This document shows, piece by piece, positions 12,981 to 26,197 of a stretch of DNA of 64,000 nucleotides. The notes beneath the pieces were generated by a model that worked only from the letters and a program-made list of their open reading frames with translations, searched no databases and was not told the origin of the DNA. Position 1 is the first letter of the stretch. Every line of letters starts with the position of its first letter. The DNA comes from Somniosus microcephalus (Eukaryota): contig CM126204.1 of the NCBI GenBank assembly GCA_052327205.1, positions 69,750,001 to 69,814,000 of the forward strand, given 5' to 3'. The position numbers were made by a program, and so were the translations under genes.

Positions 12981-13788
12981 AAAAAAAGAAATTACCATAG
13001 TACCTGGTGTACAGGTCACATCTTTATTAGGTTGTCGTGATCTGCAGCCCTGGATAGGAGTTTGTAACTTATGTACCAACATGATTCATAAATGTTACCA
13101 CTTGTTCAGTTAGTTGTGTCTCCAACTTTTACTGAGGTTTTGTGAGGAATGCTTTGAATCTTACAATAACTAGCTGTGGAGGAGCAATCTGTGTATTGAA
13201 TATAAGTTGCTTCTTTAAATGTCTTTTTGATTTCCTAAAAAGCTTTTTCTCTCCCCTCCTGAAGGCACTGACTAATACTGAAATACAGAGCTGGCAATAA
13301 TGTGTAAGCTTAGACAGTGAGCATGGCTCAAGTGGCGCATAAAGGCTTGCGTGGAGCATAAACACCGGCATCAACCAGTTGAGCCAAATGGCCTGATTCT
13401 ATGTTGTGCATTCTATGTCATTAACAAGCTATTTGATTGTGGGGGAACCTTGTCCAACATCTACATGCTCAAACTTTCCAGCACAGATCTCTCGATGGTG
13501 ATCAGGAGCTGGAACTCGGTTGAATGTTTCCCCAGCACAGGAGCAGTGCCCCTACCACTACCACTACTACAGATGAGCTAACCTAGCCAAGACCAAGCTC
13601 TGATTTTGGGACCTTTCAGGTCTGTGTGGTTCAGTGCCACATCAGGTGGTACATTTACCCACCAGCTATCAGAGGAATCAAGATGCAATTTTTAAAAATT
13701 GAGAAACCTAGATGAAAAGCCAAGTCCTATAATGTAGGACACCGCCAAGGCTGAAAAGAGTAAGAGAAAACATGAAATAATCAAAGGA

Positions 13789-14191
13789 ACACAAAAGCAA
13801 AATACTGCGGATGCTGGAAATCTGAAATAAAAACAGAAAATGCTGGAAATACTCAGCAGGTCAGGCAGCATCTGTAGAGAGAGAAACAGAGTTAACGTTT
13901 CAGGTCGATGACCCGTTTTATATTAGGAATCACATTAGCTGTCTGCCAGTCCTCTGGCACTATTCCCTTTTCTAATGAATTTTTATATATATGTAATAGT
14001 GTCTCTGCTATCTCTTCTCTAACTTCTTTTAATATGCGCCTTGTAAGTAGTGGTGAAGCTTTGGGGAAATGAGCTACTCGCCGCAGAATGCCCAGCCTCT
14101 GACCCACTCTAGTAGCGATGGCATTTATGTGGCTGGGCCAGTTGAGTTTATGGTCATCGACCTGAAGCGTTAACTCTGTTTCTCTCTCTAC
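13789..14191 (-). mobile_element. Chimeric insertion: Penelope-like 3' tail + CR1 fragment + second-LINE fragment + inverted Penelope piece
   Basis: 14-bp TSD AAATAATC(A/G)AAGGA at 13775-13788 and 14192-14205; 41-bp inverted repeat 13873-13913 / 14152-14192; ORF 13892-14107 joins GQRLGILRRV to RILKEVREEIAETLLHIY. Confidence 0.8.
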
Positions 14192-14559
14192 AAATAATCG
14201 AAGGAGTTGAGATTAAGCAACACCAACCTTGGGTATTAAAACCTGCAGATTATATAAGGAAAGGAAGACTGAAGAAGGTAAGGAGTGGCACAGTGTTGAG
14301 ATTGTGCGTGTGATGAGTCTTCAGTTTAATACACTGTGGATATATTTAATAGACATTAAAATGGCATATTTGGAGCTCAGGATGAAGAAAAGATGAAACA
14401 TCAGGGTAGAACTGAAATAGGAAACAGTAAGAAAGGCTGTGACAGAGAGATTTGAGGCCAGAGATGAGAGGCATTGTGAAAGAAGAGTGTGAGAGTGGTA
14501 CTAGAAGGTTTTCTCTAAATATGGGAGCAATATTCAAGTTTATACTTTTTTTAATTATT

Positions 14560-14850
14560 GATTTAACCTGTGTATCTGCAACACAGTTTACTGAGCGTGG
14601 CTTATAACTGAGAAGCACTCTTCAGTGTAAGTATGTGCAGTGACTCCAGTCAGATCCAATAGCAAGAATTAGATAAATATGTGCTGTGAAGTCCAAGCTG
14701 ATGACTGTTTGGTATTATGCATGTTACAATTTGTCTGTCATCGCTTCCCACAAATGTGGTTTAATAATTTGTTGCGTAATTATAAATCTAATACTTCTGG
14801 CAGACAGACAAAAGCAGGACAGATATGACAGCAGCACTCCAGGCAAAATT
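14560..14850 (+). repeat. Direct duplication, copy 2
   Basis: Aligns to ~10420-10675. Confidence 0.9.
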
Positions 14851-15687
14851 GTAAAAAAAGAAATGGTGTCTCGACAAAATGATTAAAAAGTAATTTAAAA
14901 AATATATATGAAAGAAAAATAAAACAGCTGATCCTAATCAGTCTGCTCTATACAATGTTCACATTCTCTTATATCCAAGCTTGTCCCACTGTTACCATTA
15001 GCATTCCCAGGGCACTGCTAACTTCCATTACACGCTCATTCAAGTAAAATTGATACTAAAAAAAAACCTCTGTGTCTGTGAAGGTGCTATACAATGCTGA
15101 AAGAGCACCTGTGTGTACCGAGAAACACATCAGCTATAATCTAGCGACGTGTTTACTTAATTCAAAAACATTGCTGTTTAAACCTCACAGCTCTGCATTA
15201 ATAGCACAAGCTTTAATCTTGTGGTCCATAATGTCATTATATCTGTTTTATTAAATTCCAGCCTTGCAACTTAATGCCCACTAATTGATTGTGCTATGTA
15301 TAATTGACTACAAGTGTAATTATTTATAGTTGATTAATCAAAAGTATATTTTTTACCTAAGCAGTCCTATCAGCTCATGTCTTAGCCCAAACGATATGTG
15401 GCCATGCTTTTAAGAAGTATATTCTTATAAACTATACTACTCCTATTGAAAACAAAACAGAAATAAAGCAAGAGAGGAAACAAATGACGGAAAATAAAGG
15501 CCTGATTTTAACAACTGGCCTGGAGAGAACGGTGGGGCGGAGGGGGTTAAGATGATGGGAAATTGGACTTGCTCAAACTTCATTTACTGAGGATCTTTTC
15601 AGACACCAAAGAACTTTCATCACATCAGTCTGAGCTGGACTCAAACCAGACTCTACAGGCAAAAGGACAGTGTTCTGACCTGCTGTC

Positions 15688-15899
15688 TGTTAGATCCGTG
15701 TATCTTAATGTTGTGTCCTTCAATAATCAGACAAAAGACTGCAGGGAACGATCAACAGGTGTTTACTGAATGAGGGTTATTCTAGAACTAACTGTACAGA
15801 TCACTACTCAGGGTTTATATACAGGTGTGGCCACTGCCGGTACTACAGTATAAAGGAGCTGTAAAAAGTAGTTCTCCCCTTAAAGGTACATACATTACA
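15688..15899 (-). repeat. 3' LTR of element A
   Basis: Matches 25735-25949; TATATAAA and AGTAAA on the minus strand. Confidence 0.95.
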
Positions 15900-16008
15900 A
15901 TTCCTCCCCTTTTAGATTAACAGTACCATAACACTCATTTAACAATTAAATATGAAACTAATTACAATTAACACTTTTAACATGCAACATTAGCTGAAAA
16001 TAGTCTAT

Positions 16009-19000
16009 TTATAAATTCAGTCTTTGGGGAGGCTTCCTGATCCTTTCTGGATAACGCCTTTCTCGAGTGTCTTGCTCTTGGTGCAGAGGCGATTCTGGCA
16101 CCCTGTCGTCAGTTGATTCATCAGCTTCCGATGCTACTGTTTCTGAGGTAGATGCGACCTGTATGTTGGGTTCCTCACCAGGTACGTATGGCCGAGACAT
16201 GGGGTTGACTCGTTTCTGTGACTCTAGGATCTGGTCAGCATGGCGTCTCACAATGTTCTCCCCAACATTCACTGTGTACATTAGTGGCCCCTGCCATGTG
16301 CATATCGTTCCTGGTTGCCATTTCTCTGTTCGGTAGTAGCGGGCCAAGACTGGTTGCCCTACATTGAAGCTCCTTGTCGGCTTCTCATTGATGTGCTGGA
16401 ATTGCTTACTCTCAACATCTCTTCGTACATTTGGTCTGAGCAAATCCAGACGAGATCTCAACCTTCGGTTAAAGAACATCATGGCCGGGGCCTGGTTGGT
16501 GACTGCATGTGTCGCATTTCTGTAGGCTAACAGGAAACTGTCCACCTTATGCTGCAGTGGAATGTCGTCATCGCACATGGCCTTTACTGCTTTTTTAAAG
16601 GTTTGTACGAACCTCTCAGCCAATCCATTTGTGGCTGGATGATACGGGGCGGATGTGTAATGCCTTACCCCATTCCTTTTCATAAATCTTCGAAACTCTT
16701 TGGACACAAACTGTGGTCCGTTATCAGAGCAAATCTGCTCTGGCAAGCCGTTCCTGGCAAAAATGGTCCGTAGGACTGCAATAGTTTTCTCCGTGGTGGT
16801 GGAGGACATTTTGATCACCTCAGGCCATTTCGAGTGCTCATCCACGGCTATTAAAAACATTGAGTCCATGAATGGACCAGCAAAATCAATATGCACCCGT
16901 TGCCATGGAGATGAGGGCCATTCCCATGGGTGTAGAGGGGCATGTGGTGGTGCATTTTGGACCTTCTGGCATCCTGAGCAGCTCTTTGTCAGGTCCTCGA
17001 TTTGCTGATCGATCCCCGGTCACCACACAAAAGCCCTAGCAAGGCTTTTCATTTTCACCCCTCCCAGATGACCTTCGTGAAGATCATTGAGCACTCTCTT
17101 CCTTAACTTGGGTGGAATTACCACTCGGGATCCACACATCAAGGTCCCCTGGCATACTGACAGCTGTTCTCTTCTGGATGAGAATGCTGGCAACAGTGAG
17201 TCGCCATGTGCTGGCCATCCCTTCACCGTCAAATCATATACCTGAGACAGCGTCGTGTCATTTCAGGTCTCCTTCTCTATACCAGCGTTAGTTACTGGCA
17301 AGCATTCAATTATAGTCGAATGAATTATTTTGACAGGATCCACTGCTGGTGCTTCCTCCACAGTAGGCAGTGGCAGGCGTGATAGCCCATCAGTGTTTCC
17401 ATGCTGTTTCATGCCCTTATACTCGATTTCATATTGGTGCGCCCCTAGAAAAAGGGACCATCTTTGTAGCCGTTGCACAGTCATCACCGGAACGCCCTTC
17501 TTTGGATTAAAGATGGAGACAAGTGGTTGGTGGTCAGTCAGCAAAGTGAACTTCTGCCTGTGCAGATAGTGATTGAACTTTTTCACTCCCCACACTAGGC
17601 TGAGGGCCTCCCTATCAATCTGGGCGTAGTTACGCTCGGCTGAGGTTAGTGACCGAGACGCAAAGGCTACTGGCCTCTCCGAGCCATCCGGGAATTTGTG
17701 CGACAGCACCGCTCCAATGCCATAGGGTGATGCATCACACGCCAACCGAATTGGTAGTGCTGGGTTGAAATGAGCCAACACCTCTTTAGATGTGATCAAT
17801 GCTTTGCTCTTCTGGAAAGCTCGTTTACATCCGTCACTCCACTTCCATGGTACCCCCGTTTGCAGTAGGGTGTTCAGTGGGTGTAGTACGGTAGACAAAT
17901 TCGGCAAGAACTTATGGTAGTAGTTCACCAGCCCGAGGAACGACCTCAATTGTGACACATTTTCCGGTGGGGGAGCCTTGACTACTGCCACAATCTTTTC
18001 AGTGGACTTATGTAACCCCTCTTTATCAATAACGTGGCCACAATACGAGATCTGCTTCTGGAAAAACTCGCATTTGTGGCGATTAGCTCGGAGCCTTCAA
18101 TCTAGTGAGCACCTGCTCCAGGTTGGCGAGGTGATCACTGACATTTTCGCCCGTGACCAGGATGTCGTCCAAATAACACTGGGTCCCTGGAATCCCTTGC
18201 AGGACTTGTTCCATTGCCCTTTGCCAAATAGCCGGAGCTGATGCTACCCCGAACACCAGCCAGTTGTATTGGTAGAGACCTTTATGAGTGTTGATCGTGA
18301 GGTACTGTTTCGAGGCTTCTTCTACCTCCATTTGCAGGTACGCCTGGGCCAGATCAATCTTAGTGAAGCGTTTCCCTCCAGATAGCGAGGCAGAAATATC
18401 TTCAATCTGCGGAAGTGGATATTGTACAGTGTGAAGGACTGGGTTCACTGTCACCTTAAAGTCCCCACAGATGCGAACCTTCTTTGGTTCCCCAGGCGTA
18501 TTACTCAACGACCTCTTCATTACAGGAACGATGGGTGTAGCCCACTCGCTCCAGTCCACTTTGGACAGTACTCCTGAATGTTCCAAACCTTCCAGCTCTG
18601 CTTCGATGGCTGGGTGGATCGCATAAGGTACCGGTCTGGCCTTAAAAAACTTTGGGCTTGCATTTTCCTCTATTTTGATCGTCGCTGTTATGCCTTTTAG
18701 TGTTCCGAGTCCCTGCTGGAACACTTCTTGTGCGTCAGTTAGCATTTTTGACAGTCGTCCAGGTGTGACGTCATCATCCATTTTGGCATCTACAGTCAGT
18801 GCTTGTATGGAATGCCAATCTAGCTGTATCTTCCAGATCCATTCACATCCTAGTAGTGGTGGTCCTCCATCTGGCAATACATATAGGTCCATTTTTGGTG
18901 TTTCCTTGCCATTATATATAACGTTCACCCTTATTTTTCCTTTGGGGTAGACTTTTTGCCCCGTGTACGTCTTCAAGACAATCTTTGTATCTCTCAAGGG

Positions 19001-19954
19001 TATATGTGAGAATAGCCGCTTGTAGTCCCTTCGGTTTATGACTGTTAGGGCTGATCCTGTGTCCAATTCCATTTTCACTTGGACTCCTGCTATCTTGAGC
19101 GTGACCCAGATAGTTTGGTGATCCTCCATTTTGATCACATTATGTAGTTTCAGACAACCCAGCTCCTTGCTTCCGGAGTCTGTATCACTTTTCTGTTTGT
19201 CTGAACTACTCTCCGTCACCTTATGTACCTTCTTGTACTTCTCCTGTGGAGATATCTTGCTGCTGGTGTTCTTTCCCGACCTGCAGACTCTTACTATGTG
19301 TCCTGCTTTTCCACACTGTCTGCACACTTTGTCCTTGAACCAGCAATCATTATGGTCGTGTGTTGTTCTGCCGCAGCGATAGCACTTCACTGTTCCGTAT
19401 GACATTTCATTTGTGCCATATTCTTGCGGTCTCCGTTGTATCTCTGCAGCGCCCCATGCGGCTGCTTCATGTGATACTGCAATGCTGAAAGCCTTGTCCA
19501 GTGTAAGATCCTTTTCTGATAGATGCCATTGCTGGGTTCCTTCACTTTGAAGCCCACACACAAACTTGTCCCTTAAAGTATCTGCTAGTCCCGTTCCAAA
19601 CTGGCAGTGTTTCGATAGCTTGCACAGTTCCGTTAAATACTCAGCATTACTTTCATCTTTATGCTGGTTCCTTTTGTGAAACTTAAATCTTTCTGCTATC
19701 AGCAGCGGTGTGGGGTTTAAGTGGTCCTGTAGAATTGACACTATGTTTTCAAAATCCTTTTCTACTGGCTTCTCTGGGGTTACTAGGTTTCGTAGCAAGC
19801 CATACGTTTTTGCACCCATTGAATTCAACAATACCAGCGCTTTCTTGTCATCTGGCACTTCGTTCGCCTTGCAGTATACTTCTATGCGTTCGACAGATGT
19901 CGTCCAATCTTCGACTTCATTGTCGAACGCTGTGATACTGCCACTCTTCGGCAT
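16009..19954 (-). pseudogene. gag-pol of element A (two CCHC knuckles, protease LDTGS, RT YLDD, RNase H, integrase), disrupted
   Basis: ORF pieces 18083-19954, 17263-17991, 17020-17232 and 16009-16896; frameshift near 18090 and TGA stops near 17263 and 17020. Confidence 0.93.
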
Positions 19955-20058
19955 TTTTGGGTGTGGTTAGACTGGCTTAAAATGGCGTCTCCCGCGCTTT
20001 CCTTTCTTCCCCGCTGCGGCTTAAAATGGCGTCTCCCGCTCTTTACTTTCTTCCCCGC

Positions 20059-23000
20059 TGTAGTGTATATACCTTTAAGAGGAACTATGTTTTTGAAGCC
20101 CCTGTATACTGTAGTACCAGTAGTGACCACTCGGGTATATAAGCCTGTGTAGCGTCTTGTGTTGTTAGTTCACCTCCAGACTTTGTTCAGTAAACACTTG
20201 TTAAATCAACTCCTGCATTCCGTGTCTCCATTAACACACGGATCTAACAGTGGCGACGAGTTAGAAATGAACTTACCTGCAATTCGGCAGCACCTCAAGG
20301 GGATCGATTCCTCAGACAAAGGTCGAAGCCAGAAGCAAGAAAAAAAAATAACTCGAAGAAACTCGAAAACGAGGGCCAGGCTTGGTCTCCAGTCTGTGGT
20401 TTCCCCAGCTAAACGGGCTGGTGGCAGGTAGTGCACTGATCCTTCCTGGGCTGCGGCGGGCTACAGCTCAATCGGGTGGCTCTGCAACGGGGCCGGGCAG
20501 CGAGTCAGGAAGCAGAACCAAAGAGAGAGAGAGGGTGGAGCACTCAGGGCGCGGCCGGCGTTCGGACTGAGCAGAGGGAGGGAAAAGTCCCAGAGGGTCC
20601 GCTCCACGACGGGAACGGTTCTTCAATTACGGAGAGAATATTGAAGCGATATATATTAAAAAAAATAAAAATACCGCGAAAAGCTGGAGGTCGCAACAGG
20701 AACCGCGGAGAACAGCGTTGGCAGCAGCGGCAGCGGCGGGAAAGCACGGGAGGCGCCATCTTAACTCAGCGGGGAAGAAAGAAAAGCGCAGAAGCACCAT
20801 TTTAGATTTTCAAGATGTCGAAGACTGACAATATTACTGCTTTCGATAGTGATATAGAAGATTGGACCACATATGTGGAAAGAGTGGAGGTATATTGCAA
20901 GGCGAATGAGGTAGCGGATAATAAAAAGGCATCGGTACTTCTAAATCTGATGGGTGCAAGGACATACGGGCTGTTACGAAACTTGATCACTCCAGCCAAA
21001 CTGATGGACAAGAATTTTAATGAGATTGTTGATACCTTACAGGAGCACTTAAACCCAACACCGCTGCTGATAGCGGAACGATTCAAATTCTTCAGGAGGA
21101 ATCAGCACAAGAAAGAAAGTAACGCTGATTACCTCACCGAATTATGAAAGCTGTCAAAGCACTGCCAATTCGGGGCAGGACTGGCAGATTCTCTACGAGA
21201 CAAATTTGTCTGCGGTCTACTAAGCGAAGGAACACAGAAAAGGCTACTTTCTGAGAAAGATTTGACACTGGACAAGGCTTTCAGTGTGGCTGTATCATAC
21301 GAAGCAGCAGCAAGAGGAGCTGCAGAGATACAGCAAAAGCCACAGGACTTCGGCACCCATGAAATGACACGGGGTTTCGAGAGATGTTATCGCTGCGACA
21401 GAGCCACCCATGACCAGAAGGACTGCTGGTTCAAGGACAAAGCATGCAGGCAATGCGGAAAGATGGGACACATTGCACGTGTATGCAGATCTGGAAAGAA
21501 ATCCGCTGACAGTAAAAAGGTCAATAAGGAAAAGTACAGAAAGGTACAAATGATGATGGACAGTAGCTCCGAAGACCAGAAGAGCGATAGCGACTCCGGA
21601 AACAAGAGACTAAGCTGTCTCAAATTACATAATGTAATTGCCAAAGAAGATTACCAGACCATTTGGGTTACCCTCACGATAGCGGGGTCCCCAGTCAAAA
21701 TGGAGCTAGATACAGGATCAGCTCTGACCATCATGAGTCGACGGGATTACAAGCGGCTTTTTCCGCATATACCTTTGAAAGACACATCCATTGTCTTGAA
21801 GACATATACGGGGCAGAAAGTATACCCCAAAGGGAAAATAAGGGTGCCTGTTGTATACAACGGCAAGGAAATACAGAAGTTGTATTTATACGTTCTGCAA
21901 GATGGTGGTCCACCATTGTTGGGACGTGAATGGATCAGAAAGATAAGTTTAGACTGGCACTCCGTTCAGGCACTGACAGTGACCAGTAAGAAAAAAAACG
22001 ATGATGATGTCATACCTGGACGATTAAAAGAAATCTTGGCTAACGCCAAAGAAGTGTTTCAACAGGAACTAGGAACCCTGAAAGGCGCCACCGCCTCAAT
22101 AAAAGTGGAAGATGCGGCAATTCCCAAGTTTTTTAAGGCAAGGCCGGTGCCATACGCAATTCATCCAGCCGTCGAGGCAGAGCTGGAGAATTTGGAAAAA
22201 GCAGGCGTGTTATCCAACGTAGATTGGAGCGAGTGGGCAACACCCATCGTCCCGGTCATGAAGAAAACGTTGAATAATGATACATATGAAGAACAGAGAA
22301 AAGTTCGCATCTGTGGGGACTTCAAGGTGACTGTAAACCCGGTTCTTCACATGGTACAGTATCCTCTTCTGAGGATAGAAGATATTTTCGCCTCACTATC
22401 CGGAGGGAAACGTTTCACCAAAATTGACTTTGCACAGGCATATCTACAGATGGAGGTTGAGGAGGCCTCTAAAAAGTATCTCACGATAAACACACACAAA
22501 GGCCTGTACCAGTACAATCAACTGGTTTTCGGAGTGGCATCAGCTCCGGCTATCTGCCAAAGAGCTATGGAGCAAGTCCTGCAAGGGATTCCGGGGACTC
22601 AATGCTACCTAGACGACATCCTTGTAACAGGAGAAAACGACAACGAGCACCTTGCCAACTTGGAGCAGGTGCTCACGAGGCTGAGAGAACGGGGCCTACA
22701 AGCAAATCGCCCCAAGTGCGAATTTTTCCAGAAACAAATATCATATTGTGGCCGTGTCATTAACGAAGAAGGGTTGCATAAGTCACCTGAAAAAATTGAA
22801 GCGGTCGTAAAGGCCCCAGCGCCTGAAAATGTCTCACAATTAAGGTCGTTCCTGGGATTAGTAAATTACTATTATAAATTTTTACCAAACTTGTCGACGG
22901 TTCTGCACCCGCTTAACGCACTGCTACAAATGGGAGTAGTTTGGAAATGGAGCGAAGACTGTAAACGTGCCTTCCATAAATGCAAAGGCTTGATCACGTC

Positions 23001-25070
23001 CAGGGAAGTGTTGGCTCATTACAACCCATCACTGCCAATCAGACTGGCGTGCGATGCATCCCCTTACGGCATGGGAGTGGTATTATCGCATAGATTCCCT
23101 GATGGCTCGGAGCGGCCGATAGCTTTTGCGTCACGCTCATTAAACTCAGCTGAGTGTAACTATGCCCAGATTGACAGGGAGGCACTCAGCCTGGTGTGCG
23201 GGGTGAAGAAATTCAACCATTACCTACACAGACAAAAATTTACCTTGTTGACTGACCATCAACCCCTCGTCTCCATATTCAACCCTAAAAAGGGCGTTCC
23301 CATTATGACAGCGCAAAGGCTACAGAGGTGGTCCCTTTTCCTAGGAGCACACCAATATGACATAGAGTACAAAGGAACAAAACAGCATGGGAATGCTGAC
23401 GGGTTATCGCGCCTACCGTTGCCAACGGTGGAAGAGGCGCCTACTGTGGACCCAGTGGAGATATTCCACTCGACCATAGTGGAATGTCTACCGGTGACAA
23501 ATTCTACCATTGAAAAGGAAACGCGAAATGACCCGACTCTCTCACGAGTCTACGATTTAACGGTGAAGGGATGGCCAGCACATGGCGAACCACTGTTGCC
23601 AGCATTCTCGCAAAGAAGAGAACAGCTGTCAGTGTGCCGAGAAACCTTGATGTGTGGATCCAGAGTGGTGATTCCACCCAAACTCAAGGATAGAGTGCTA
23701 AAGGAGCTTCACGTGGGGCATCTGGGTGGAGTAAAAATGAAGAACTTAGCCAGAGCGTTTGTGTGGTGGCCAGGTGTCGATGGAGACATCGAAGAAATGA
23801 CCAAGAGCTGTCTAGGATGCCAGAAGGTCCAAAACGCCCCACCACAAGCCCCTCTACATCCATGGGAGTGGCCCTCATCTCCATGGCAAAGGGTACATAT
23901 CGACTTTGCTGGTCCATTTATGGACTCAATGTTCTTAATCGCGGTGGATGCACACTCCAAGTGGCCGGAGGTAATAAAGATGTCCTCCACCACCACGGAA
24001 AAAACCATCACAGTATTAAGGACCATATTCGCCAGGAATGGGCTGCCTGAACAGATCTGTTCTGATAATGGACCGCAATTTGTATCCGAAGAATTCAGGA
24101 AGTTCTTAAAAAACAATGGGGTTAAGCACTACACGTCCGCCCCATACCATCCCGCCACCAATGGATTAGCTGAAAGGTTTGTCCAGACCTTCAAGAAGGC
24201 CATAAAGGCCATGGGTAATGAAGACATAAATCTACAACATAAGGTAGATAACTTCTTGTTTGCATACAGGAATGCAACACATGTGGTTACAAACCAAACC
24301 CCCGCCATGATGTTTTTCAATAGAAGACTAAGATGCCGGCTGGATTTGGTCAAGCCAAACGTCAGAAGGGACGTAGAGAACCGGCAATTTCAAAGCATGA
24401 ATGAAAGGCCAACTAGAACCTTCCAGATAGGTCAACCAGTTTTGGCCCGGGACTACCGTACCGAGAAATGGCAGCCTGGAACTATTTGCACACGACTAGG
24501 ACCGCTGATGTATACCGTGGACATTGGAGAAAGCATAATAAGGCGCCATGCTGACCAGATCATAGAGTCATCCGAAAAAGGACAACCTACACCACAACTC
24601 TATACGCCTGGTGATGAAGCAGAGATACCCATAGTATCTACCTCCGATCCGGTGATACTGGAACCAGATGACCCGACACTGGCATTGAAGCCGAATCGAC
24701 CTTGCCAAAAGAACCTACTACACCACCGAGGCGTTATCCGGACCGAGTCAGGAAGCCTCCAGAGAGACTGAATTTGTAATTGATTAACTTCAGCAAATGT
24801 GTATATTATTGTTCTTGTAAAAATGTTATTTAATGATTACTTAAAATGTTATGTACTATTTATCTAAAAGGGGAGGAATTGTAGTGTATGTACCTTTAAG
24901 AGGAACTATGTTTTTGAAGCCCCTGTATACTGTAGTACCAGTAGTGACCACTCGGGTATATAAGCCTGTGTAGCGTCTTGTGTTGTTAGTTCACCTCCAG
25001 ACTTTGTTCAGTAAACACTTGTTAAATCAACTCCTGCATTCCGTGTCTCCATTAACTCACGGATCTAACA
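20059..25070 (+). mobile_element. Gypsy element B (Mag-like), full length, inserted antisense in the 5' leader of A
   Basis: 191-bp LTRs 20059-20249 and 24880-25070 with 2 differences; TSD CCCGC; PBS TGGCGACGAG 20251-20260; PPT 24866-24879. Confidence 0.97.
20815..24779 (+). pseudogene. gag-pol of element B, single frame, one premature TGA (21145-21147) and a frameshift in the integrase tail
   Basis: ORFs 20815-21147 and 21262-24771 share a frame; CCHC x2, LDTGS, YLDD, CDASPYG, HIDFAGP, SDNGPQF, NGLAER; terminal PERLNL is out of frame. Confidence 0.93.
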
Positions 25071-25239
25071 CCCGCTGCAGCTTAAAATGGCATCTCCCGC
25101 GCTGCTGCCAACGCCGCTCTCAGCGGTCCTCGTGGCAAATGGCGACGCCCTGTGGGTTTCGTGCGCTGCTCCTGCGCTGCTGCCAATACCGCTCTCTGCG
25201 GTCCTCGTGGCAATGGCAGCGCCTCGCGTTTTCCTGCGC

Positions 25240-25455
25240 GCCTCTCTCCCCCGTTGACGCTGCTCGGCCCTTGAACACCGGCTGCGCTCTGCTCTCTCTC
25301 GCCTCTCTCCCCCGTTGATGCTGCTCGGCCCTTGAACACCGGCTGCGCTCTGCTCTCTCTCGTCTCTCTCCCCATTGACGCCGCTCGGTCCTGAACACTG
25401 GCTGCGCCCTGTGCGCTCTGCCCTCTCTCTCTCTCCTGTCGACGCTACTCGGCCT
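25240..25455 (-). repeat. ~61-bp tandem repeat (about 3 copies) in the leader of element A
   Basis: GCTCGGCCCTTGAACACCGGCTGCGCTCTGCTCTCTCTC recurs at ~25262, 25323 and 25383. Confidence 0.85.
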
Positions 25456-25734
25456 TTTTCTGTGCCGCCCGGTCGGCTCTAGCCGCCGCTGTCCGGGAAG
25501 GGTCTGCGCAGTACCTGTTGCCAGCCCGTTTCGCTGGACCACCGTGACTGGAAAGCCAAGCCTGGCTCTCGACAGCCTCCCCTGCGATGCTCAAATCTCC
25601 GCTGGATGACTGGGCGGTTGCCCGTGGTCGACGCCCGTGCTTCAGGACTCAACCTCCTTCCACTGTTCTCCAGGAGCGAATCCCTGGGAGGTGATGCAGA
25701 GTTGCAGGTAGGTTCGAATCTGCGTCGTCGCCAA

Positions 25735-25949
25735 TGTTAGATCCGTGTATCTTAATGTTGTGTCCTTCAATAATCAGACAAAAGACTGCAGGGAACGATC
25801 AACAGGTGTTTACTGAATGAGGGTTCAAACTGCAACTGACTGTACAGATCACTACTCAGGGTTTATATACAGGTGTGGTCACTGCCGGTACTACAGTATA
25901 CAGGAGCTGTAAAAAGTAGTTCTCCCCTTATAAAGGTACATACATTACA
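25735..25949 (-). repeat. 5' LTR of element A
   Basis: Adjacent to the PBS; followed by TSD CTGTC at 25950-25954. Confidence 0.95.
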
Positions 25950-26197
25950 CTGTCCCACCCAGTTTGCTTTATAAAAATATATACTTTTTATTTTAGTAGG
26001 TTGTTGGTGGTAGAATTGTACAATTACCAATTCACTAACCCACTAATTGTGGGGGGATCTACAGTCACAGTGTTTTTCTAAAATTGGAAAATTCATGAGT
26101 TGCTACTCATGAATTTTCTGCTACACTTCATCAAGGAGTGACTCGATGTAGGCCTGTGACCACAATTCTCCACTGTGCTCAGTGAGTAACAACAATG

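Larger units (their letters stand above)
15688..25949 (-). mobile_element. Gypsy element A (Mag-like), full length, interrupted by element B
   Basis: LTRs 15688-15899 and 25735-25949 (TG...CA); TSD CTGTC; PBS TGGCGACGA just inside 25734; PPT AAAAGGGGAGGAAT at 15900-15913. Confidence 0.95.

Noticed and set aside
21262-24771. Domesticated host gene (1169-aa ORF)
   Set aside because: It lies between near-identical LTRs with PBS, PPT and TSD, and has an upstream nonsense codon
24780-24879. env or accessory ORF in the Gypsy elements
   Set aside because: Only ~80-110 bp separates pol from the 3' LTR in all four elements
26087-26118. 14-bp hairpin as a terminator
   Set aside because: No U-tract and a eukaryotic context; it is part of the inverted duplication
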